DNA of 64,000 bases, taken from contig OZ024754.1 of the NCBI GenBank assembly GCA_964016885.1, forward strand, positions 34,038,001-34,102,000, read 5' to 3'. This DNA comes from Eledone cirrhosa (lineage: Eukaryota). Made by a program: the position numbers and the translations under genes. Positions 43,549 through 54,150 of this stretch are shown one piece after another; position 1 is the stretch's first letter, and every line of letters starts with the position of its first letter. Below the pieces are notes generated by a model that did not search any database, was not told the origin of the DNA, and was given only the letters and a program-made list of their open reading frames with translations.

Positions 43549-44621
43549 ATCCTGTCTTTTCTATATCATCATCATTTTACGTCCGCTTTTTCCCTGCTTG
43601 CAAGGGTGGGACGGGAACTGAGTCTGGCTTGATTTCTACAGCTGGATGCCCTTCCTAACACCAACCTCATTTACAGTGAGTGCTGGGTGCTTTTTTTGCC
43701 GTGGCACCTCCACGACCACTTTGCAGTGGAATGATAGGGACCCCAGTCCCTATCATCTCATTTCTACAGCTGAGTCAACTGGAGCAATGTGAAATAAAGT
43801 GTCTTGCTCAAGGAAACAACACATCACCCGGTCTGAGAATTGAACTCACAACCTTTCGATTGCAGGGAAAAGCAGACGTAAAATGATGATATATATATAT
43901 ATATATATATATATCTATATATATATATATTCATTCATTTTCATTTTCATTTCATTTTACGTCCACTTTTCCCTGCTTGCAAGGGTGGGACGGGAACTGA
44001 TTCTGACTTGATTTCTACAGCCGGATGCCCTTCCTAACACCAACCTCATTTACAGTGAGTGCTGGGTGCTTTTTTGCCGTGGCACCTCCACGACCACTTT
44101 GCAGTGGAATGATAGAGACCCCAGTCCCTATCATCTCATTTCTACAGCTGAGTATCTGGAGCAATGTGAAATAAAGTGTCTTGCTCAAGGGAACAACACA
44201 ACACCCGGTCTGAGAATTGAACTCACAACCTTTCGATTGCAGGGAAAAGCAAACGTAAAATGATGATATATATATATATATATATATTCATTCATTTTCA
44301 TTTTCATTTCATTTTACGTCCACTTTTCCCTGCTTGCAAGGGTGGGACGGGAACTGATTCTGGCTTGATTTCTACAGCTGGATGCCCTTCCTAACACCAA
44401 CCTCATTTACAGTGAGTGCTGGGTGCTTTTTTGCCGTGGCACCTCCACGACCACTTTGCAGTGGAATAATAGGGACCCCAGTCCCTATCATTTCATTTCT
44501 ACAGCTGAGTAAACTGGAGCAATGTGAAATAAAGTGTCTTGCTCAAGGGAACAACACAACACCTGGTCTGAGAATTGAACTCACAACCTTTCGATTGCAG
44601 GGAAAAGCAGACGTAAAATGA

Positions 44622-44680
<59 letters not shown>

Positions 44681-44782
44681 TTGTCTTTATTTGTTAATTT
44701 TTCATTCGCACCGTTTCCTTTCGCTATATGTCTCTCCACCACTCCCCTACACACCTTTTGAACTCTGTTCCCACACACTTCT

Positions 44783-44815
44783 CACCTGAAGAAGGGCTTA
44801 TGCCCGAAACGTCGT
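44783..44815 (+). ncRNA. Minimal hammerhead motif
   Basis: cAC CTGAAGA aGGGC ttat GCCC GAAAC GTC GT; stem III is the palindrome ACGT; AATAAA about 35 nt downstream; element between (TA)n tracts. Confidence 0.68.
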
Positions 44816-45668
44816 CCCCCACCTACCCCCCACTCTCCTGAGCGTGAATTTAATAAATATTTATTGTACTGCCTCTCTGTTCTGTCCCTGTTCAATTTTT
44901 CATTATATATATATATATATATACAATACATACATATCCTCTCTTTATCCATATATTAATATCTATGTTTATGTCTATATCTCATGTACAACTATACACC
45001 CACCTATATGTATGACCCAGTATACTTGTAGCTATATAGAATAAAAACTTGCACTCGCACGCACGCACACACACGCACGCACGCACACACACGCACACAC
45101 GCGCACACACACACACACACACGTTCCTACCTGTCGATCATACACTCATCGCACTAATCTAAGTCAATATTAATCCTACCAATTAGATTTAAGTAGAGTT
45201 GGGGGTGGTGGAATGGATGAATGACTCTTGTCCTTCTGCCACTTGACCCCGCCCTCTCCTGTTACCTCTCAGGTAGGAGTTAATGAAGAATAGTTCAATC
45301 TATGACCAACACCTGAGTCACCATTCTCTGTACATCTAGAGGAGGACTGTCTATAATAAAAGTCAATCCATAGCAAACACCTGAGAAACTGGATCGAACA
45401 GGTGACGACTGACACTCGGGGTCTCAATGTAGTTTTCTCTTCATGTCTTACTATCTTTTTCTCATTCGGTGAATTGGCAGTATCGGTAGAGGGTTGGACG
45501 CCATGCTTTGACGCATAGAGTTACGGCCCTTGCCATTCTGAGTTCAAATCCCGCCGAGGTTAACTTTGCCTTTCATCCTTATGGGGTCGATAAAATAAAG
45601 TACCAGTAATGTACTGGATAATTGCTGGCCTTGTGCCAAAAGTAGAAACAATTATATATTCTTTTAAC

Positions 45669-45858
45669 GGCGGTGGATTGGCAGTATCGGTAGAGGGTCG
45701 GACGCCATGCTTTCCAGCATAGTTACGTCCCTTTACGATCTGAGTTCAAATCCCGCCGAGGTTGACTTTGCCTTTCATCCTTACGGGGTCGATAAAATAA
45801 AGTACCAGTAATGCACTGGGTATTTGCTGGCCTTGTGCCTAAAGTAGAAACAATTATA
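45669..45858 (+). mobile_element. tRNA-derived SINE, probably MetaSINE superfamily (copies at 27793, 29460, 31000, 32118, 32660, 45470, 48341, 55615, 59841)
   Basis: Head ggcagtatcggtagag, B box gagttcaaatcc, core gcctttcatccttacggggtcgataaaataaagtacc resembling the Meta central domain; AT-rich tail. Confidence 0.75.
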
Positions 45859-46107
45859 TATTCTTTTAGCTAGCTGTTCCAGCCAACTGGCTGTGGCCAT
45901 ACTGGGGCAATATATATATAATGTATATATATATATCAACATCATCATCACCGTTTAGCGTCCATGGGTTAGACAGGTTGTCAACGCCAAGAAGCAAGGC
46001 TGGCTAGTGTCGGCCATGTTGCACCTTGCTCCAGCGAGGACTGTAAATCTGGCTGGGTATTTTACAGTTGGGCGCCCTTCCTAACACGAACCACATTTAC
46101 AGAGTGA

Positions 46108-46154
<47 letters not shown>

Positions 46155-46157
<3 letters not shown>

Positions 46158-46340
46158 TAGGGTATGGTAAAAACCAGCTAGACCATAACCCACCAGAGTA
46201 CTCAATACTTGGGGTAGTAGAGTGGGTAATATGAAAAGATTCAGGACCCTGATGGCTGAGCTCCAGCCGTTTCGACAGCTAGATCCGAACTTGTCGAAAC
46301 AGCCAGAGCTCAACTGTCGGGGTCCAGAATCTTTTCATAT
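46155..46340. mobile_element. Second member of the 21435 fold-back family
   Basis: Shares agtactcaatacttg(a/g)ggtagtagagtgggtaat and folds back at a similar gtttcgac(a/g)gcta position. Confidence 0.6.
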
Positions 46341-46397
46341 ATATATATACGATATTAACAAATGGAAACTATATTTATAAAACCGTATCTATTTTAT

Positions 46398-46456
46398 TAT
46401 ACACATTTCAAGGATACCATGTTAAATTATGGTATGCTTTCATCAGTTTTATAAAT
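46398..46456 (-). ncRNA. Hammerhead core inside a fold-back element
   Basis: Reverse complement CTGATGA AAGCATACCAT aatttaac ATGGTATCCTT GAAA TGTGTATA; stem I partner displaced or degenerate. Confidence 0.5.
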
Positions 46457-47400
46457 AAATATTGACATACCCTTTCAAAATGCAACCGTTACTTTTGGAA
46501 GACATCAGGGATAGTTTCCATTTGTTAATATCGTATATTTACTCCAAATACTTGTCGAGTGCTTTATATCAGTTATAAAAATATTTACTTGTTGTATCCC
46601 AACAATTTAAATAGAACTTTTGCATATATATATATATATTTATTTACTTTTTAGAAGCTAAACTATCAGGGAGTTGAGTGGAATGAAGTTCTTAGAAAAT
46701 GTAGACATCTAAAATGCAGAAAATAACTGGAACAACAGTTGACTGCAATAAATAATAGCTTAGAAAATTGGGTAAAATATCCCTATAGATGGAAAAAAGT
46801 GGCCAGTAACTGTGGGAGGTCTGGTGTTCTATTTTTTGCAGATACATCATGATGAAATATGACAGGCTTCTGCAGCTACTACCAACTAAATTCCATTGAC
46901 AAAGTTTTGGTTAAGTTAAGGCTATAGCAGAAGATACTTGCCCAAGGTGTTGTTAGGGAATGGAATGGAATCTGAAACTACATGATTGCTTATATTCAAT
47001 CAATCAATCAATCAACAAGATCTGACCTCATTTGCTTATCAAGTGGGGTGGAACTAATCAAATCGGACAAAGGAAACAATGTTTCCATTAGTCTTTCCAT
47101 ATCTACAGGTGACAAGTCCTGGCAGAAAGAGAAATGTGAAAAAAAGTGTCTTGCTCAAGAACATAACACATCACCTGGAACGGGAATCAAACTCACAACC
47201 TTGTGATTGTGAATCCAATTCACTAACCACAGCTATCTAAAGTCTGTCTCAAGCCTGGAAGCTCATCAGACCGGTGGTTATCCAGTTTCTGTGGCGTGAA
47301 GCAACTCAGAATACATGACACCCCCCTGGACAGGAAGCTAATCCACTGCAGGGTTAAACTCCCCAGCTATTGCTGGTACTTATTTTCAGCTAAGTATACT

Positions 47401-48336
47401 GGAGCAAGATGAAATGAAATGTTTTGATCAAGAACACAACACACAACCCAGCCCAGGAATTGAACACGGAACAACGTGAAATGAAATGTTTTGATCAAGA
47501 ACACAACACACAACCCACCCCAGGAATCGAACACGGAACAACGTGAAATGAAATGTTTTGATCAAGAACACAACACACAACCCAGCCCAGGAATTGAACA
47601 CGGAACAACATGAAATGAAATGTTTTGATCAAGAACACAACACACAACCCAGCCCAGGAATTGAACACGGAACAACATGAAATGAAATGTTTTGATCAAG
47701 TACACAACACACAACCCAGCCCAGGAATCGAACACGGAACAACATGAAATGAAATGTTTTGTTCAAGAACACAACACACAACCCAGCCCAGGAATTGAAC
47801 ACGGAACAACGTGAAATGAAATGTTTTGATCAAGAACACAACACACAACCCACCCCAGGAATCGAACATGGAACAACGTGAAATGAAATGTTTTGATCAA
47901 GAACACAACACACAACCCAGCCCAGGAATTGAACACGGAACAACGTGAAATGAAATGTTTTGATCAAGAACACAACACACAACCCAGCCCAGGAATTGAA
48001 CACGGAACAACATGAAATGAAATGTTTTGATCAAGAACACAACACACAACCCAGCCCAGGAATCGAACATGGAACAACGTGAAATGAAATGTTTTGATCA
48101 AGAACACAACACACAACCCAGCCCAGGAATCGAACATGGAACAACGTGAAATGAAATGTTTTGATCAAGAACACAACACACAACCCAGCCCAGGAATCGA
48201 ACATGGAACAACGTGAAATGAAATGTTTTGATCAAGAACACAACACACAACCCAGCCCAGGAATCGAACACGGAACGTGAAATGAAATGTTTTGCTCAAG
48301 AACACAACACACAACCCAGCCCAGGAATCGAACACA
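47401..48336 (-). repeat. 67-bp tandem array, about 14 copies, amplified from inside a tRNA SINE
   Basis: 67-bp period (47454, 47521); reverse complement GTTC(G/A)ATTCCtgggctgggttgtgtgttgtgttcttgatcaaaac matches the SINE at 5272-5340. Confidence 0.92.
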
Positions 48337-49631
48337 AGACGGTGGATTGGCAGTATCGGTAGAGGGTCGGACGCCATGCTTTCCAGCATAGTTACGTCCC
48401 TTTACGATCTGAGTTCAAATCCCGCCGAGGTTGACTTCGCCTTTCATCCTTACGGGGTCGATAGAATAAAGTACCAGTAATGCACTGGGTAATTGCTGGC
48501 CTTGTGCCTAACGTAGAAACAATTATGTCTATAAGTTCAACACCCTTGACACTAGACCACACACCTCCACAAGCACAACTATAACTGTACTAATAAATCA
48601 CCATATTTAGAACATACAATGTCAATACTAAATAGTGTGTGTTGGTGCTGGTATTTAATGTAGAAGAGTGTTGTTAGTAATCAGATTAGTGACTTCTTCA
48701 GTTTGGACTGAAGGATTAATAAAAACATTTATATAGGAAGAGTGATTGTATTATTCTAAATTGGAAAGGGGGAGGACACTAAATTGTATGTGGTGGTGGT
48801 GGTGGTGGTGGTGGTGGTGGGGGTTGTGGTGTTGGTGGTGGTGGTGGTGGTGGGGGTTGTGGTGTTGGTGGTGGTGGTGGTGTGGTGGGGGTTATACTAA
48901 ATTGTATGTGGTGGTGGTTGTGGTGGTGGTAGGTGGCGGTGGTGTGTTGGTGGAGGTGGTGGTGTGGTGGGGGTTATACTAAATTGTATGTGGTGGTGGT
49001 GGTGGTGTTGGTGGTGGTGGTGTTGGTGGTGGTGGTGGCGGTGTTGGTGATGGTAGTAGTGATGGTGGTGGTGGTGTTGGTGTGGTGTGGTGTGGTGTGG
49101 TGTGGTGGTGGTTATACTAAATTGTATGTGGTGGTTGTGGTGGTGGTGGTGGTAGGGTGGTGGTGAGGGTTGTGGTGGTGGTGTGATGGTGGTGGTGGTG
49201 GAGATGTGTGTGGGGGGGGGGGGTATGGTGGCGTTAGGGGTGATGGTGGTGGTGGTGGTGGTGTGGTGGGGGTTATATTAAATTGTATGTGGTGGTGGTG
49301 GTTGTGGTGGTGGTAGGGTGGCGGCGGTGTGGAGGTGGAGGTGGAGGTGTAGTGGTGGTATGGTGGTGGTGGTGGTGTTGGTAGAGGTGATGGTGGTGTT
49401 GGTAGAGGTGATGGTGGTGATGTGGTGGGAGTGTTATACTAAATTGTATGTGATGGCATAGTGTGGTGTAGTGCAATGATTGGGGGAGGGGGGGTATACC
49501 AAATTGTATGTGTTGGTGTGGCGGTGGTTGTGGTTTGTGGTCATGTGTTGGTGACGGTGGTGTGGTGGGGTGGGATTATACTAAATTATATGTGTGGCTG
49601 GTGGTGATGGTGGTGTGTGGGGGTTATAGCT

Positions 49632-50220
49632 ATTCTGTAATTCTTCAATAGATTCTGCAATGAGGACCAGATCATCAGTGTACAAAATTCCCATGGACAG
49701 CCAGTCTTCACCCTTTAGCAGTTAAACCGACCGTATCCAGCCAGAATTCTCTCCTCTCTTTCTGTTCAAACCAGCCAGAATTGGCCACTCATACTAATGT
49801 TAAGATATTGTTCTCAAAATAAATAACATCAAAATCTCGTAGCTTCGATATTATGTGAGATAAAGCCTTTACTGTGAAAATACAATAATAAATATAAAGT
49901 AATGTAAATGCTAAAGGGTTAAACTCCTGTTTTAGCCTGAAAGACTATGAAAAGCAGAAGTGGGCTAAAAACTGAGCCCTGATTCACTCCTTTCTGTACA
50001 TTGAATTCCTCACTAAACTCACTTCCTACTCTCACTTTACTGACAGCACCTCTGTACATGGCTTATCTTGCCTGCCTCACAAATCATTCTTCTACGCAGT
50101 AGTTTCCTCAAGGACCACCAGATGACAGATTGTGGTACTTTGTCAAACGCTTTCTCTAGATCAACAAAAGCTAGATATAGAGACTTACACTTAACTAAGA
50201 ACTTCTTTTGTAGTTATCTT
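49632..50220 (-). mobile_element. Old RTE RT fragment interrupted by a piggyBac-like MITE
   Basis: Degenerate DLEKAFD...YTDDLVLIAES similar to 42260-42610; MITE at 49711-49922. Confidence 0.75.
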
Positions 50221-50360
50221 TCTAAAAGGAAGGCATGCCCCTCCATGGCATAAAACTGAACTGCATTGCAGTAGTGGTGGTGGTGGTGGTAGTGGTGGTG
50301 GTGGTGGTGGAGTAGTAGTAGTAGTAATAGTAGTAGCAGTAGTAGTAGTTGTTGCTGTAA

Positions 50361-50408
<48 letters not shown>

Positions 50409-50502
50409 CAGAAGTAGTAGTTGTTGTAGTAGTAGTAGTAGTAGTAGTAGTAGCAGTAGCAGTAGTAGTAGTAGTAGTAATAGTAGTAGTAATAGTAGTA
50501 GC

Positions 50503-50542
<40 letters not shown>

Positions 50543-50572
50543 ATAATAGTAGCAGAAGTAGTAGTTGTTGCT

Positions 50573-50611
<39 letters not shown>

Positions 50612-50697
50612 ATAGTAGTAGTAACAGTAGTAGTAGTAACAGTAGTAGCAGTTGTAGTAGTAGTAACAGAAGTAGTAGCAGTTGTAGTAGTAGTAGC

Positions 50698-50749
<52 letters not shown>

Positions 50750-50786
50750 ACAGTAGTAGTAGTAACAGTAGTAGTAGTAGTAGTAG

Positions 50787-50837
<51 letters not shown>

Positions 50838-51419
50838 TAGTAGTAAAAGAGATGAGCTGAAAGTAGTTGTTGAGTATAACAGACACCTAATCTGTTTGCA
50901 CTAAATGACACTCTATACCTAATTTGTATTAATTTAATTATCAAAATCGTTATGATTGATGTTAAAAACAATGAGAAGTTAACAAAACAATTATACAAAC
51001 AAAAACTGAATAATAATTAACAAATTCTGTTGTTATAGCCAACCAAAATACAAAGAACCATATGGTTAAGACTTTTCATTTCATTTCAACACACAAAGAC
51101 AGGAATGTTTTTCTAACTTTAACACTAGAGAACTACAAAGGGCTGAAAACTACATGGTGTGAGATAGTGACAGATAGAATAACATTATATTATTTCAGTT
51201 ATTCTTTTTATCAGGGTAATTATCTCAATCAGTGAAGTATAGATCAGATGATATATCTAGTGTAACTTAAGGTGAGAATTTAGTGCTGTCCTGAAAAGGA
51301 AGAATAAGTCTAGATAGGTTAACACATTAATCTATCAACACACCTGAATTGAACCACAATGATAGGTTCATTATTGTGTTAGTCACGGCAGAAAGATGAG
51401 ACCCAGTGAATAATGTACA

Positions 51420-52197
51420 GTTTAAATATCTCACAGTATCTCACCTTTTAAATATCTTACAATATCTCAGTTTAGACATCTCACAATATCTTACAGTTTA
51501 TCTCATAATATCTCACAATACCTCACCGTTTAAATACCTCACAGATTATATCTCTCACAATATCTCACAGTTTAAATATCTCACAATATCTCACAGTTTT
51601 AATACCTTACAATATCTCACAGTTTAAATATCTCACAATATCTCACCGTTTAAATACCTCACAGATTATATCTCTCACAATATCTCACAGTTTAAATATC
51701 TCACAATATCTCACAGTTTTAATACCTTACAATATCTCACAGTTTTAATACCTTCCAATATCTCACAGTTCAAATATCTCACAATATCTCACAGTTTTAA
51801 TACCTTACAATATCTCACAGTTTAAATATCTCACAATATCTCACAGTTTTAATACCTTACAATATCTCACAGTTTTAATACCTTACAATATCTCACAGTT
51901 TAAATATCTCACAATATCTCACAGTTTTAATACCTTACAATATCTCACAGTTTTAATACCTTACAATATCTCACAGTTTTAATACCTTACAATATCTCAC
52001 AGTTCAAATATCTCACAATATCTCACAGTTTTAATACCTTACAATATCTCACAGTTTTAATACCTTACAATATCTCACAGTTTAAATATCTCACAATATC
52101 TCACAGTTTTAATACCTTACAATATCTCACAGTTCAAATATCTCACAATATCTCACAGTTTTAATACCTTACAATATCTCACAGTTTAAATATCTCA
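51420..52197. repeat. ~26-bp AT-rich minisatellite
   Basis: aatatctcacagttttaataccttac units. Confidence 0.9.
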
Positions 52198-52612
52198 GAT
52201 GACTGCGGCCTAATAAGTGACACTGAGGAGGGCTGGCAAAGCCTGATCAGTGGTTTCGATACTGCTTGTGATGTGTTCGGTCTTATAATTAATTTGAAAA
52301 AGACTTGGTTCCGTGGTCGGGATTCTCTCTCTTTCTCATATATATATATATATATATATAATTGTTTCTACTATTGGCACAAGGCCAGCAATTACCCAGT
52401 GTATTACTGGTACTTTATTTTTATCGACCCCATAAGGATGAAAGGCAAAGTCAACCTCATATAATAAGGAGTTGACGGACCCAGCATATTTATCAATGCC
52501 TGGACTGGGTGTATCTCAGTGTACTCAATAGGTAATGTAGGATACATTTCCAGAGTATACACACATTTATTCGCTTCAATACAACACACGTAAACAGATG
52601 CCTATAATAGTT

Positions 52613-52723
52613 CCCGGACTCGAGTTTCAGCCACACTTAATGCAGCAGTAGGGTGCACTGTACCCTCTGTCTGCATATATTATGCAACAATGCATAATCG
52701 GCACATGTGGCTTCATCGGTGGG
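52613..52723 (-). ncRNA. Hammerhead motif with branched stem II insert
   Basis: Reverse complement CCCA CCGATGA AGCCAC [about 70 nt] GTGGCT GAAAC TCGA GTC CGGG; palindromic ACTCGAGT; U4-to-C change in the core. Confidence 0.62.
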
Positions 52724-52770
52724 TATCGCCTAATCAATAACCAATCGATCGACAGAATCCAAACCCCAGC

Positions 52771-52820
<50 letters not shown>

Positions 52821-53029
52821 AAATGTGTGTAATCTTTGGTACAGTTAGGTATATTAAGACAGGGGGGAAGAAAAAATGGCTTCACTTGTGCTTTCAACAA
52901 ATTTATTTTCTTCACAAAATCCAAAAAGAATTTTTTTCCGGATTAGAAAATTTTTTTTTTTTTTCTCATTTTTTTTCCAAAAACAAAAAATATATATATA
53001 TATAGAGAGATATATATATATATAGATAT

Positions 53030-53310
53030 AGTAAATGAGTGAGGAATAACGTGGTTCGCTGTACAATAGGGTTTATTCAAAGTATCAAAAATTGTTTCAT
53101 TAGCCTGGTGTGTCTAAAAATCGCTGTTTGCAAGATACTACGTTACTCGATTTTAATTACAGTTGATACCTGACAAATTATCAGAATACTGATCTCTGCA
53201 CATGATACAGTGCGCTAGTATTTTAGACACACCGACTAATGAAACAATTGTTAATACTTTAAATAAACCCTACTGTACAGCTGACCACGTTACTCTTCAC
53301 TCGTTTACTA
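53030..53310. mobile_element. Fold-back element with about 90-bp inverted arms and a degenerate hammerhead (minus, 53082-53189)
   Basis: Arms tagtaaatgagtgaggaataacgtgg...gtgtgtctaaaa and ttttagacacac...ccacgttactcttcactcgtttacta; right arm has GAAAC AATT GTT AATAC; minus strand has GTATT CTGATAA ... GAAAC. Confidence 0.6.
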
Positions 53311-53797
53311 TTATTACTCCAAGAACCACTTACCTAGGAACTTTCTTAAACCAACCACCCGACTAAGGAAACTTCTTGTTGAGCCAAGCAACGCCGAACA
53401 TTAAAACTATCCTCATCAATACAGAGTAATCATAACCTCTACTTGGATTACCTTAAACAATATCTCGTTAACTTATATACACACACATATATATATATAT
53501 ATATATATCATCATTTCATCATTTCATTTCATTTTACGTCCGCTTTTCCCTGCTTGCAAGGGTGGGACGGGAACTGATTCTGGCTTGATTTCTACAGCTG
53601 GATGCCCTTCCTAACACCAACCTCATTTACAGTGAGTGCTGGGTGCTTTTTTGCCATGGCACCTCCACGACCACTTTGCATATATATATATTAAATCCAC
53701 TTATTTTAAAAAATACTAAAGCTACCTGTTTAGAAAATATTAAATGTTAAATACTAAATTTTAAAAAATATTAAAAACAATGAATATATCCTCTCAC

Positions 53798-54150
53798 CTG
53801 TAGTGCTGACAAGTTGGCTAAAAGAGTTCGTTGAAGGTAAATTTGTTCCTGCAGGTACTGTGGTGTAAGGTAGATGTCATTTCCATCAGCCATCCCCGAA
53901 TGCACAGTAACACTAACATTAAGAATCTGTGCTGCCACATCAGTATCATCTTGCACATTGATGACAAGGATATTTTTCTCATCAGTGTGCAGTACAGTGG
54001 CTAAAGCATTGATGAAGAAGTTATAGAGAGGTGAGAGAAATGCCTCAGATGTCATGTTATTCAGGCGGATTGTTACGCTGTGTCTTAGAATCTCATCAGT
54101 CACTAGACGTACGTAAAGGTGACAAATAGCTTTTTCTTCGTTCAGTCCAT
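53798..54150 (-). CDS. CELSR: Flamingo/CELSR exon: end of cadherin repeats and membrane-proximal region
   Basis: Acceptor ctttctccAG, donor GTgaga; 353 nt, phase 1 to 0; translates (D)GLNEEKAICHLYVRLVTDEILRHSVTIRL...LQEQIYLQRTLLANLSALQ, resembling the Flamingo/CELSR segment before EGF1; joins the next exon in frame. Confidence 0.93.

Noticed and set aside
47401-48336. CRISPR-like appearance of regular arrays (also 11820, 56930, 48780)
   Set aside because: Head-to-tail repeats without unique spacers, eukaryotic intron context, no cas genes
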